Origin: the human T2T-CHM13v2.0 reference genome, Homo sapiens
Assembly: GCF_009914755.1 (NCBI RefSeq)
Contig: NC_060926.1
DNA length: 64,000 bases
Strand: one strand, 5' to 3'
Under the pieces are notes generated by a model. The model saw nothing but the letters and a program-made list of their open reading frames with translations, ran no database searches and had not been told where the DNA came from. Positions 16,279 to 35,345 of the stretch are shown here, piece by piece (the stretch's first letter is position 1; every line of letters starts with the position of its first letter). The position numbers and the translations under genes are program-made.

Positions 16279-16825
16279 CTAGATTAAGCCTCTACAAGCG
16301 GTGCCTGGGGCCCTCTACTGATCACAGCCCCAGAGACACCTTCTGACTGCTATTGCAGCTTGACTGAACTTATTCTAGAATCCCCAGTAGGATGAACCAG
16401 AAGAGACCACCATGTGGACTTTAGTACACTACAATGTTCTTTTAGTTCACTACAATGGCCTTTAGTAGTGAACAACAAAGCGCATCCTAGACTAAATTAA
16501 ACAGTCATCAGCCCATTGGACTACTCTTTGTGTATGTTTAATTATCCAGGGAAGAATATTTCACCAGTTTTCAAAAGGGGATTTGGAACATATGCTGCTA
16601 TAGGAACAGTAGCATAGATTTGAATCCCCCCAAATCGCCACATGAAAACAGACAAAACAAATATACAGCAAAACCAAAAGCCACAGACAATAGTTACAAC
16701 AAAACTAAGTATTTTCTCTGATCATATTGGCAGTGGTTGTATTAGTATTAGTATTCTGAGATGATTCTGTGTATAATAAAGCAAATTAGTAATGCTAGAA
16801 TATTCTAATTTTCTCATCCCTCATG

Positions 16826-17384
16826 TTGTTATCAGTGGAAAGTATCCATACGGGGCTGCAGCAACGTCAATTCTTGGCTTCTCAGAACAAAGAATTCACC
16901 TGAGGGACATAAGGCAGAAGGAGAGACTGAGGCAAGTTTTACATCAAGAGTGAAAGTGTATTAAAAAGCTTTAGAACAGGAATGAAAGGAAATAAAATAC
17001 ACTTAGAAGACGGCCAAGTGGGCAACTTGAGAGATCAAGTGCGCAGTTTGACCTTTCGACTTGGTGTTTTATACACTGGCATAGTTCCGGGGTCTTGTGT
17101 TACTTCTCCCCTGATTCTTCCCTTGGGGTAGACTCTCTGCATGCTCATGCTTGAACCCACTTGCCCAAATCCTGACATATTATTGGGAAGCGGCTGATCA
17201 CCAGTTTCAGGTGTTTCCTATCTATTGGAAGACTGCTTTTCCCCGGCACCAGCTATGACCAATTGTTATTTAGACAGTGAACATCAGCCTGATCGTCACC
17301 AGATGGTCACCTGACACTCAGGGTGTGGTGGGGGAGGGGAGCCCTCTCCTGCTTGCTTATACCAGACTAGCTACCCACTGTAAC
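16826..17384 (-). mobile_element. MER50-like ERV1 solo LTR
   Basis: 'gaacaaagaattcacctgagggacataaggcagaaggagagactgaggcaagttt' and terminal 'ctagctacccactgtaaca' resemble antisense MER50. Confidence 0.7.
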
Positions 17385-19397
17385 AACACCCTTAACAACC
17401 ATGATTTCCAGGGCTGAAGAAGACATAGATTTAATAGATGAGAATGTTAAGTAAAAATCTTGCATTCCTGAATTTGAATTGGCAGTATCACTATGAACTC
17501 ATGGGGTTTTCATCTTTAAATATGTATGTATACACTGAACTATGCATTATATATATACACATTATATATATATATTTAAATGTAATATATGTATATGTGC
17601 GTATGTATATGAATATATATGTTTAATTTTTTAGCTCTGTCAACTGAAAAGTGCTAGAAACAATGACCAACCCAGTAGCAATGAGCACTCCTAACACATA
17701 GTCTGTGTCTTGTAAAATCAACCTAGACTTGATCTATTTGATCATGATAAGCAGTTGCAAATTTTATTTGCTGATATTTTATTTAGTGTATGTGTTCATA
17801 ATTTTTTTTTCCTTAGACAGGTCTCTGTCATTCAGGCTGGATAAATAAAACTTTATGTTTTATTTACATATGGGTAAGATATTTCCCATAAGGGAAATCA
17901 AGATTTCTTGAGGAAATAACTAATTCCAATGTTAGAGCAAGAAATGTACAGATGAATCAGGAAAATTTGTAATGCCAGGTAATAAGCTATCAATGACTGC
18001 TGGTATCCTGTCAAAAGAACCTGGAAGACAGCTTGAAGAAGCCCCTGCTAGCAAAAAAGAGAGTGCTTAATAGGCATTGAGTGAATAAATACGCCAAGTT
18101 TTCATATTGATATGGATATGATTCTGGACTTTTTTTCCAAAGGTTTACCTATCTCTATACTAATAATACCTGTTTTGATTTGATATTTAATAGTGTTTTT
18201 AAAATACTAACTCTTGATATCTGGTAGCAGGACTACTGTACTTGTTCTTCAAAATTTCCTTGGCTCAGGATCCCAAGTTTTATGGAAAAAAAACTCTACT
18301 GTTAGTATCTTTTGAATTCCATTGTTTATAAATTAATTTAGGAACAGTTGCCATATGGCACTGGGTAACCTCATTCATAAACTGAGAGTCTTCTCATTTA
18401 CTTAGATTTTCCTTCGTACTTTTCAATAAAGTTGTATAATTTTAGAAGTAAGTTCTTGCATATCTTATATTAAATTTATTCCTGGGTTCCTTATAATTTT
18501 TCTGCCATTATATACAAGATTTCTATTCTAATTACCTTTTCTAATTGCATTTTGTCTCTGAATAAAATGTCATTGACTGTTTTGTAATTATATTGTATCT
18601 AGTAACTGATTGAATTTTCTTATTAGTTCCAATTCTCTTGGATTGTCTACATAGACAATCATATCATCTATGAATCACAACCATTTTGTTTCTTGATTTC
18701 TAGCCCTTATACCTGTTTTTTTTTTGTTATAGCATACAATTGCAAGAGTCTCAGTATGTTTATATAGCACTCATTGTTGTCATATTACATAAATTAATGG
18801 CAATGTCTGTGTCATGAATTTTTCCAATGACTTTACGTTTTATTTACATAGGGGTAAGATATTGTATGAAATGTATATATAACCAGATTTAGGGAGAGTT
18901 TAAGATGGAATGCTCTAAAATATAAGCAGTCTGTCTTTGTCAAAATGTCAAAACCAAACATCTAGCACTGATATCTGGAAGTGCTTGAATGAACTGGTTG
19001 ACACATAAGAATAAACTATTTGTAGATCACAGCTTTTCTGACATGAACTGCATTTTATCATTCAGTATAAAAGTTTTCAAATACAGAGTTCTATGGGAAA
19101 CAAAAGAGAACATTTACCAGTCATTCTAAATAAAACCTCAAAAGACAACATGTCTGCTGAGCAGAGTGCAGTCTGTATTATTTTCAAATGTATCACCACT
19201 AAGTATGATCCTTGCTGTGGGTTTGACAGATATGCTTTTTCAGCTTAAGGAAGAGTTCCTGGTTTGCAGTTACATTTAGTGTAAAGTTAATATCTTTTAT
19301 TCCTGAAGTAAAATCAACCTAGGTATGATCTATTTGATCATGATAGGCAGTTGCAAATTTTATTTGCTGATATTTTATTTAGTATATGTGTTCATAA

Positions 19398-19694
<297 letters not shown>

Positions 19695-19811
19695 TCATAA
19701 TTTTTTTATATAGTTATTGTACATTTTGGTTTTTTACCAAAATTATATAGGTATCATAAAATGAGTTTGGGAATAGAAAATTCCTTTTTATTTATTACAG
19801 TAATCTGTATC

Positions 19812-20124
19812 CAGTCAGCCCTCCATATCCAGGGATTATGCAAACACAGATTCAAGCAACTTCTAAGAGAAAATATTTGAAAAATAATTTGGCAATAAAA
19901 ATAACACAAATTTTTAAACAATCCAGTATAACAACTGTTTGCATAGCATTTACATTGAATTAGCTAATATCCGTAATGTAGAGATGATTTAATGTATACG
20001 GGAGGATGTGCATAGGTTATATGCAAATACTATGCCATTTTACGAAAGAGACTTGAGTATTTGTGGATTTTGGTATCCTTGAGGGTCCTGGAACCAATCG
20101 CCTGCAGATACTGAGTGACAACTA
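19812..20124 (-). mobile_element. MER2 (TcMar-Tigger) DNA transposon
   Basis: Degenerate TIRs 'cagtcagccctccatatcc' and 'gatactgagtgacaacta'. Internal 'ggaggatgtgcataggttatatgcaaatactatgccatttta'. Confidence 0.8.
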
Positions 20125-21107
20125 TATAGTTAATCTGTTTCTTGCCGGTTGTTGGAATTCACCCTTAAATCTTCTGGGCTTTTTCATGTGAGATGATTTT
20201 ACTTTATTCATTGTTGTTAATGAATCCTGGTCTGTTCCAGTATGCTATTTCTTCTTTAATCCAATTTGAAACCTTTTTTTAAGAAAATTATTCCTTTAAC
20301 ATAAGGTTTAAAATGCATTGGTGGAAAGTTGTTCATGATAATCTCTTGTACTTGCTTAAATCTCTCCAGCATCAGTAGTTATGGCTCCCCTTTCCCACAC
20401 ACAATATTGTTTTGTTCTCCATTCTCACTTCTTAGTAACATGAGCCACTTCATAGTTCTTAGCGAAGTTATGGGAGAATTAAATTATTTGAATCTTTCTC
20501 TGAAAATGTCTTTATTTCACCCTCTCTCTTCAATGAAAGTTTAGCTTCAAATAGAATTCTAGGTAGGTAGCTCAGCACTTCAAATATATTGTTTCACTGT
20601 CTTTTGGCCTCTATTTCTGCTGATGTGAAATGTGTTGTCAATCTACCCATTGTTTTTTTGTAAGTAATCTTTTTTTTTCAGGTTGCTTTGTGGATTTTTC
20701 ACTTTGTCTTTTGCAATGTGCAATTTTACAATGATGTGTCTAGATGAAAGAGAGAAATTCAAAAATAGGGAAAATGGAGGAGCTGTATTCAACTAAAACA
20801 ATGGCAGGAAAAATTCCAAAACTGGTAAAAGATGTGTCTCCTTAGATTGGAGAAATGTAACAACATCCCAAACAGAATAATTACAAATACATCTATTACA
20901 TGGAATATCCAAAAATATGTATCCAAAAATATATATTCCGTAAACAGAAATAACAAGAGAATTTAGCAAAGTCACTAGATGCAAGATCAATATTTAAAAA
21001 TCAATTGTCTATCTTTATGAGCAATAAACTTTTTAAAAATATCATTTATAGGTCAGGCGAGGTGGCATATCTTTATCAGCAATAAATTTTTTAAAAATAT
21101 AACTTAT

Positions 21108-21405
21108 AGGCCAGGTGAGGTGGTTCACACCTGTAATCACAGCACGTTGGGAGGCCAAGACAGAAGGATCACTTGAGTGCAGGAGTTCAAGACCAGCCTG
21201 GGCAACAAAGTGAGACTCTGTCTCTACAAAAAAAATAAAAAATTAGCTGGGTGTGGTGGCACATACCTGTGGTTCCAGCTACACAGAAGGCCGAGGCAGG
21301 AAAATTGCTTGAGCCCAGGAGGTCAAGGCTGCAGTGAGCCATGTTTGCACCACTGCACTCCATCCTGGGTGACAAAACAAGACCCTGTCTCAGAAAAAAA
21401 AAAAC
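21108..21405 (+). mobile_element. AluJ
   Basis: Alu consensus with J-type positions. Confidence 0.88.
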
Positions 21406-21822
21406 TGGCAGTATTAAGTATTGGTGAGGATGTGAATAACTGGTACTCTCATATGCTGCTGATGAGAGTGTAAATTTGTACAATCAATTGTAAAACTATT
21501 GACAGTATTTAATAAAGCTAAACACACCCCTTCCCTATGGCCCAATAGTTCCTCTCATAGGATATATCCACAAGAAATGAGTGTATATGTGCACCAAAAG
21601 TCATGTACAAGCATGCTCATAGCAGCTTTATTCATAATAGCAAATATAGGACATAACTTAAATATCCATGAACAATAGAATATATAAATAAATTATGATA
21701 TATTCTTACAATGGAATACTACTCAGCTTGAAAAATAATAAACTACAGCTACAAACAACATGAATAATTCTGACAGACAAAATGTTGAAAGAGGACAAAC
21801 ACAATGGATTATATGTGTATGA

Positions 21823-22582
<760 letters not shown>

Positions 22583-22727
22583 GATTCCACTTTTTGAAGT
22601 TCAAAAACTTGTAAAAGTGATCTATGAAGTTGGAAACTTGAATAATGATTACCTATAGGACAATGATTGCAAGAGAGGCTTCTGCGGTGATGGTGATGTC
22701 CCATATCTTATTCTAGCGGTAAACAGG

Positions 22728-23314
22728 TGTGATGGTTAATATTGTGTCAACTTGATTGGATTAAAGGATGCAAAGTATTGTTTCTGTGTGTATCTGGGTC
22801 TTTCTGGGTGTTGCCAGAAGAGATTAACATTTGAGTCAGTGGACTGTGAGAGAAAGACCCACCCTCAGGAAGACCCACCCACAATGTGAGTAGGCACCAT
22901 CCAATCGGCTGCCAGTGTGGCTAGGAAAAGCAGGCAGAAGAAGGTGGAAGAAGCTGACTTGCTGAGTCTTCTGGCCTTCATCTTTCTCCCGTGCTGCATA
23001 CTCCCTGCCCTCGAACATCAGACTCCAAGTTCTTCAGCTTTCAAACTCTTGGACTTACACCTGTGGTTTGCCAGGGGCTCTCAGGCCTCCAGCCACAGAC
23101 TGAAGGCTACGCTGTTGGCTTCCCTACTTTTGAGGTTTTGGGACTTGGACTGAGCCACTACTGGCTTCTTTGCTCCTCAGCTTGCAGATGGCCTATCATG
23201 GGACCTTACCTTGTGATCGTGTAAGTCATTATATATGAAGAGGAGTTTATGTATATATATTTAAATACATATATCCTATTAGTTCTGTCCCTCTAGAGAA
23301 CCCTGACTAATACA
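22728..23314 (+). mobile_element. MLT2A (HERVL) solo LTR
   Basis: Begins 'tgtgatggttaatattg', ends 'ccctgactaataca', with a 5-bp TSD 'acagg' on both sides. Confidence 0.9.
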
Positions 23315-23439
23315 ACAGGTATTTTTTTTTAATTTGATTGAACACACATAAGATTAGTGTACTACTAAGTTATACCTCAATTTTTTTTTAATTTACACAA
23401 TGACATATATCCACACGTAGTCATATTGTATTTCAATTT

Positions 23440-24577
23440 ATTTTTTCTTTGAGATAGTGTCTCGCTCTGTGGCCCAGACTAGAGGGCAGTGGCGCCATCT
23501 CAGCTCACTGCAACCTCCGCCTCTCGGGTTCAAGCGATTCTCGTGCCTCAGACTCTTGAGTACCTGGGATTACAGGTGCGTGCCACCACGCTCAGCTAAT
23601 TTTTGCATTTTTAGTAGAGGTGGGGTTTCTCCATGTTGCCCAGGCTGGTGTCAAACTCCTGACCTCAGGTGATTTGCCTGCCTCAGCCTCCCAAAGTGCT
23701 GGGATTACAGGTGTGAGCCACGGCGCCTGGCCTGTATTTCAATTTCTATTCTTTTAGCATTAACTTTAAATTTTTAACATGCATACTTAGCCAAATATCT
23801 GAAGTTAGTCAGTATTTCTATAATATTCCTGAATGATTTAAAAAAATTAGGACACTTTAATTTCAATCATTCCCTCCCATCTTCCATTTATCATTTTTCA
23901 GTATTTTAGCTTCACCCTATTTTTTTTAAGTACCACCATCTACATTCCCTCAAAAAATCAATCTTTTTTTATTGTGGAGTTCTTTGATCATCAGTTTATT
24001 TAGATTTAACCAGGTTTACAATTTATTTGTTTTCCTTGCACCTTATATCTCACTCCTTCCTTCTGAGCTTATTTGCATTTTTAGTGAAATATATCATGTG
24101 TCATTTGTGTTTGTGCAAACTTGTTTTCACATTATTTCTGTAAAACACACTGGAAATTTCACTTAGCTGAAGTCAGCTTTTATTTTTAGTTTTTTGGATA
24201 AGTGGTTCTTACACTAGGTGAATAGTGCACATTCGGATTTCACATCCACACAGGGGTTTTCTTTTTTTTCTTTTTGTGAGACAGAATCTCACTCTGTTGC
24301 CCAGGCTGGAGTACAGTTGGTGAGATCTTGGCTCACTGCAACCTATGCCTCCCAGGTTCAAGCAATTCTTGTGTCTCAGTCTCCTGAGTAGCTGGGATTA
24401 CACGTGTGCACCACCAAACCCAGCTAATTTTTGTATTTTTAGTAGAGATGGGGTTTACCATACTGGCCAGGTTGGTCTCGAACTCCTGGCCTCAAGCAAT
24501 CCATCAGCCTCAAGCAATCCACCCTCCTCAGCCTCCCAAATGCTGGGATTACAGGCATGCACCACCACATCCAGCCA
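23440..24577 (-). mobile_element. Two antisense Alus (about 23440-23732; about 24258-24577)
   Basis: Antisense Alu consensus. The first has TSD 'tgtatttcaattt'. Confidence 0.9.
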
Positions 24578-25583
24578 GGGAGTTTATTTTCTAATAGGGA
24601 TTTTTTTTTCCATTTAGGCAAAAGAAAACATTCTTGTGATTTATCTCAGCTAGTTGGTACAATTCTAGTATCCATTCTGTTATGGAGAGGGAAGACTTCC
24701 TGGATCTTAAGCTTTGTAGAAGTCTTGGTTCCAGCAGACTCCACTTTGCCTCCATCTCTTGCCTTTATACGGAGGTTAAAACCCAACCTCTGACAATTAG
24801 GATTCATGTCTGCATCAGATATAGAGCTCCAGATGGTGATGCCATTCCCCTAAAAACTTATACTTGAGGCTTTCAGTCTCTCCTTATTTCTGGTTGTTTT
24901 AAAATATTTTTTCCAGTATATTAAAGTTTTTGTAGCAGATGGGTAATCTCGTTAGCTCAATTTACTATTTTCTAATCCCAGAAATCCTCTCTAGGTTTTT
25001 TCCAGATATGATACTTGTATTATTTTAAGTTTTTTAACAAAAATAAATACATAATTTTTAATAAAACAGAAAAATCCAATTCAAACTAACTAAATCTACA
25101 AAGGAAGCTTGCTTCAAGTAACTGAAAAGTCCAGAAATAATGTGAACTGATATAGTTCAAGCGCTGCCTCACCCTGTTTCTCTGTAATTTTCCCATCATG
25201 TGCTGGCTTTGTCCTCCAGTTAACTTTTCTCACGGAGGCAAGATCATTTGCAGCAGCAATATAAGGCCATATGCATTCTTGTTCCCTCTTGGAGACAGAG
25301 AAGTTCCACAATCATTGATCAAAAGTGTTGAGCTACTTGGTATTTGGACCACCTCAGAACCAGTCCTGGCGGTTGGAGAAACACAAGCAATAATTGGCTA
25401 AAGCCTGGGTCACCTGAACCAATCGTTGGGGCAGATGACATAGAACCTCTATTACCCCATTGGCTTAGGTCCCACTTCTGGGGCTCACCTAAACCATATG
25501 GCAGCTACACAAGAGAAGAAGTGTCCAATGAATGTTAGACAACCATAATATCTACTTTACTCTATTTAAGTTACATATCCCCC

Positions 25584-25878
<295 letters not shown>

Positions 25879-26792
25879 TACATAACCCCCAACCTTTACC
25901 TATGCAAGTTGCTGTTTGAACCCAAGGATAGAACTTTACGTTTCTGCTAAATTTAGAGTTAGCTTTGCACAGTTCCACAACAGAGTTGAAGATTATCACT
26001 TGCTTTGTTTTTGTATATCGGTTCCTATTCCTCATTTTCTACTTTATATAAAGAATTAAATTTCCATCTAGTTTTTTTATTACTATGTCAAGCACAAAAG
26101 ACCCAATCAAATACTTATCAAATATGCAGTTATATTTGAAATCACCTAGATATAAAAAGTAAGCTGTGTGATAGTGTCATCAAGTGTGTTTAAAGAGAAC
26201 CTGGGGAGCACATCCAAAACACAAACTATCACTCTTAAAAAACAGCAGAAACTGAAGCATAAGATACTAAGTTGATTAATAGCTTAAAAAAATACCTCAT
26301 ATATATCAGGATTCTTGGAACAGAGAAAATAAACTATGGTTTCATACATGAGCCACAAATTAGAAATCCTAAAGTTAAGCAGTATAAATAATACATGCAT
26401 TGGATGGCAATAGGGCTGCTTGTTACATGGACAACTGTATGTATTGTGCTGCAAGATGAGTAACAGCAGAGATTTATTTATTTATTTCATGGTGATTAAA
26501 GATGTTCCCTAGCTGAGATGAGTTTACCAGCTAGTAAGAAAAATTTAAGATGAGCATTTTGCACTGCTGCACTTTTTCTAAAACGTAGTTTTTTATTACT
26601 CTAATCTTCCATAATCTATAGTGATGCAGATGGCTGTCTAATATTTTGTTCACAGAGTATAAATCAGACATCAGTATTTACCCTTAAGAGACAAATGTTT
26701 TATTTTGCTATGTGAAGTGTTTTATAAATTTCACTGAAAGTGATACCCCAATGTAAATTGCTATTAAATGATATTATCATTAATAATATCAT

Positions 26793-26895
26793 TTAGCCGG
26801 GCGTGGTGGCAGGCGCCTGTAGTCCCAGCTACTCGGGAGCCTGAGGCAGGAGAATGGCGTGAACCCAGGAGGCAGAGCTTGCAGTGAGCCGAGAT
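26793..26895 (+). mobile_element. Internal AluY fragment with no head, tail or TSD
   Basis: 'ttagccgggcgtggtggcaggcgcc...gcagtgagccgagat', abruptly bounded by AT-rich repeats. Confidence 0.9.
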
Positions 26896-27136
26896 ATTAT
26901 TAATAATATCATTAAATGATATTATCATTTAATATCTATCAAAATTAATATAAATGTAGAAGCTACATACTGGCATTTTATTATAGTCAATATTTATATT
27001 CTTTGAAGACAGCTATTTCTGGCTAAAATAATATGTAAAATAGTCCATAATTTGAGACATCAACATAGAGAAAAATGAATTGATTGAAATGAATCAAAAT
27101 AGCTTTATAGAATATAAAGATGTCTGTGTATGTGAG

Positions 27137-27138
<2 letters not shown>

Positions 27139-27173
<35 letters not shown>
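27139..27173. repeat. (GT)n microsatellite
   Basis: Read directly from the sequence. Confidence 0.95.
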
Positions 27174-27176
<3 letters not shown>

Positions 27177-30009
27177 AGGAATCAATTTCTATGTCAGTAA
27201 CTACATTATCTACACAAGCCAACTTCTCTTATGTCTTCATGATATTGGGTCAATAACGGCTTCTCACCTTGTGAGATTTGGGCAATAGAGTCCCTTTCAG
27301 GCAAAATTCCACTAGTGAGTTTGCCTTATAGGAAATCAATAAGTTCCTTCCTACGTATTTTCTCTTCCATAGCAACAGGAATAAGAGACAAAATAGGCCT
27401 ACTTAATGTGCAAAATATGTGCCATGCTTCTAAGTGCTGCTAACTCCAAAAGAGAAGCCGTTTTTGTTTCAGTACTATTAAGTCTTCTAACATTTTCTTG
27501 CCCTACTCTATATGGCAGGTTATATTCTTCATATAATTGCCAATTATCCAGGGTGAATATAAACATAACTCAATTGTTTAGCATAAAGATAAAGAGCAAA
27601 TACAAATACCTCTGACAGCCTAACTCTGTCACTGACCAGTCACTTAATTTTATGAGCTTCAGCATATTCATTTAAGTGTATTAGGTATATACATAAGATG
27701 AAAGCAATAATAATAATACCTTTCTGCCAGGTTCAGTATTGCAAACTGACCTAAGCCAAACTGTCTATTTAGCAATTATCGGGGGTTTTTTGGTAAATGT
27801 TGAAAGCCTCCTTGATAGATTCACAATCAGAAGTAGGTGGGGGCATCTTCCACTACCCCACAATTTCCTTCCTGGTGGCATATTATAATGAAAACAAGTC
27901 TTAGACAAAATTATACCAAAATGCACCAATAATTACTAGCAAGCAAACAGACAAAAAAGCCACATAGTTTATTCTTGTAAGTTTGAGAAAGGCCTTGTCT
28001 CTGTGTTCAAGCCCTCCAAAAATCACCTTGCATGAAAGGCTCTTCATACATAGGGCCTCATTATAAGTACCTGGTCATCCTAAAGAGTGGCCAGAGAGGC
28101 CCCTGTGGAAGATACCAATGAATATGCTCTTTCATTTATCCACTCACTTACATAGATCATGGAAGAGACTTTAAACATGAGACCAAAAATTTAAGTCCAA
28201 AATTACAAAATGAGAGGATTTACTTTGTCATTCACATACACTCTGCCATAGTCTAGAAAGAGTCAAAATTTTAGTTTCAGAAAACTACAAGAATGGAACA
28301 GATTTTCATAGCTGAGCCCAGAACTACAAAAAGATACCATATTGTACATAAAATTCTAACTTCTGTTGAAATGGTTAGCATGTTTGCAAATATCTTGATG
28401 TATGATGTGTCAGATAATATGACTTGTTTTTCTGATCACCATAAATACTGAGCATAGAAAAATATACACAAAAAAACATATATAGCATTAGGAAAAACTG
28501 GGAGGGTTGCTTTTGGTTATAACTTCTAGACTGGCAGTCTTACTTGTCACATTCAATTTGTAATCAGACTTCAATGGCTTAAGCAACCAAATCTATCCTT
28601 CCATTTGGCCCCAACCCCAATAAGAAAGAGACCCACATCTAAATTTTAAAAAGATAAGAATATTCAGCACCCTCTAGAAAACACTGGAACTTACTGGATA
28701 GAGTCAGTTGTTTGAATGGCAAGATAGCTGAGTGTTCTAAAATTCAAGAAACAATTGACTCACTGCCCTCCATACTGTGATGAAACATGTAGTAGTTACC
28801 TTTCAGGCATTGGGCCAAAATGAAAACTGTCCAGAAGAATTCCTTTTGTTACTGAGCTATGCCATAACATCTCAAGAAGAATCATTGAACACAGAATTGA
28901 ACAACTTTATATCCCTTTACTTAACCCAAACCTACTCCCTGAATTATCCTCAAGTATAATGAAATGAGTAAATGAGATGTTACATGTAAAATACTCAGCA
29001 CAATGTTTAGTACCCACACAAAAAAACTACCCACAGCAGGAGTGAAGTGGACTAAGCCTAGCAGGAAACTTTTATGATGGCTATTCATCCCTGGAACCCA
29101 ACTGAGCTCAGGAGAGGCAACAGAGTCCTCTATAAACCACAAGGACATAGGACCAAACCAAGCACTAGACCACAAAGTGAAGTCACTTGGGATAATGGAT
29201 GCACTGGGTGCCAGTTAGCTTTTATCACAATGTTGAAAAAGTTTGGTTATAAAGATTATAAATCATAGATCTTAAAATGCAAATGAAGAAGAATAGCTTT
29301 ACAGTGGATTACAGAATGGGTACATAAAAAATCCCCTTCTGTTTCTTCAGTAGATGGCAAGTCTGGGCTCTATTTTCCCATATTCTAAGTGAAAGTCTCT
29401 GAAAACCATGGACCTACTGAAAGAGCTCCCAATGAGGCAGTGAGCAAATATTTTATTTGGCATTACCATAAGCTTAAAACCATGCTAAGGGTGATTTAAT
29501 AGCAAAATACATATGACTTTTTTTCTGCTTTCAAAGAGTTTATAAATAAAATGAGGAGGCAAGGAAAACACAAGTGAAGTAATAGTAAAAAAACTAATAT
29601 TGTATATATAAACATATATATAATAAGTTTTGTACAAAAACCATAAATGCCTTAGAAGATCATGAAGAAAGAAACCAAAGAGGACAGAGTTCCATGAGAA
29701 GTCTCAGTTAAGAGGCAAGATTTCAGCATGAACCTTAAATAATGAGTAGGATTTTTATGGATCAAAGAAAAGACATTCCCAGTGAGAGAGCTGGCACAGA
29801 AGTTTGACTAAATATACAAAGACTACCCTATCACAACAGAGGTTAAATGCAAGGAAGAAGTGAGGGCTGAAATTAGAAAGAAGGGACTCCAAATATAAAA
29901 GGCCTTAAAAACACTAAAATAAATATGAATTTGTGTGGGAAGAAGTAGGAAGCCATTGAAGATGTCTAGCAGGAGCCAATTTAGTTGTGAGGCACAATAT
30001 TAATGGGTA

Positions 30010-30434
30010 TATGGTAAATTGAAAAATAGCCCACCAAAGAAATCTACATCCTAATCTCCAGAACCTGTGAATATGTTGTAACTTACACAGCAAGAGAGAC
30101 TGCATATGTGATTATGTTAAGGATTTTGAGATGTGGAGATTATTCTGGATTATCCAGGTGGGCCCTATGTAATCACAGGAGTCCTTGTAAGAGGGAAGAA
30201 AGAGGGTCAGAGTGATATGGAGCCATGCCTCCAGAAAGGCTGGCAGCCTCTAAGCTAGGAATGGTAAAGTATGATTTCTCCTCTCAAGTCTCTAGAAGGA
30301 CCAGCCCTGTCAATACCTTGATTTTAGCCTGTAAGACACATTTTAAACTTCCGCCCTCAGAACTATAATACATCTGTGTTATCTTAAGCCACTACATTGG
30401 TGGTAATTTATCAAAGAAATAGGAAATTAATATA
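30010..30434 (+). mobile_element. MLT1 (MaLR) LTR
   Basis: 'gaacctgtgaatatgtt...gagattattctggattatccaggtgggccc...ttaagccactacattggtggtaattt'. Confidence 0.8.
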
Positions 30435-30475
30435 GGGCAGATGTGGTGAAAATCTGAACTCAAGAAGGTTAATCA

Positions 30476-34256
<3,781 letters not shown>

Positions 34257-34689
34257 TATGTGGTTTTTTTTTAAGAAAAGAACGTCTGTCACAGGGGTTT
34301 TTATTCTAGGCAACATAGAAAGGATCCACTAGCCAATAATTCTTATAATCTTATCCCATAGAACATACACATAGTTATTTGTGCCTTCTCTCTCTAAGAC
34401 TACATTAATGATTTAACCCAACAATCCTATTTCCAGAAGAAAGCTATTATCTCAAGTTTTCTTGCTACCAGAAAACTGAAAATCCTGATAAGAACCAACT
34501 GAAAGTTTATACATATGTAGAATCTGAAATTTTGTTTACATGAACATACTTTGGAAAATTATAAATCATTTTAGAGAATTCAGAAAATAGTAACACTGAG
34601 AAAAACCTGTGCATGCATTTTGTAATCATGGAAGAGTCAAAATTCTACAGGTAGAAAACAGGCTGAAAATACTACTCATCTGCAAACAC

Positions 34690-35345
34690 ATGCTAGCCTT
34701 CATGAAGAAGAAAGGATGACTTCAAGGGCAGAGCCTTCAGCCCAGAGGGCAAAGCTGCGAAACAGAGGATTATTCCCAAGCCTTGAAACCTAATGTTGTT
34801 TGCCCTGCTGGATTTCAAATTCACTTGAAACTGATGACTCCTTTTTTCCTTTCATTTTGTCCCCTTCTGAACTGGAATGTCTATATCTGTTATCCTATGC
34901 CTGTCCCACCACTGTATTTGGAGAGCAAATAACTTGCTTCTTTAGTTGAGTTCACAACTTCCCAGATGGAGGTGAATTGTGCCTCAGGATGAGTTATACC
35001 CAAAGCCTTACCCAAACCTGATGAGATTTGGGACTTTTGAGCTGATGAAATTTAGATTAGATTTTGGACATTGAGTTGATGCTGTAATGGATTGAGATCT
35101 TTGGAGATGGAATGAGATTAATGTATTTTACATGTGGACAGAAGTAAAGATTTGGGGGGCAGAGGTGGACTGTGGATAGCAGAATAAAAACCCCCAAAGA
35201 TGTCCACATCCTAACCCCTAAAACCTGTGGATAATGTTACCTTATATGGCAAAAGTGACTTTACAGAGAGGATTATGTTAAGGATCTTGAGACGAAGAAA
35301 TTACCCAGATTATCTTGATGGACCCAACATAATCATAGGGGTTAG
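34690..35345 (+). mobile_element. MaLR internal remnant plus start of an MLT1 LTR
   Basis: MaLR-int-like 'gaggattattcccaagcc...gggacttttgagctgatg', polypurine-tract-like 'ggggggcagaggtggac', then 'tgtgg...cccaaagatgtccacatcctaa'. Confidence 0.6.

Noticed and set aside
24488-24522. Internal duplications inside Alus (also about 39530-39570)
   Set aside because: Ordinary slippage duplications.
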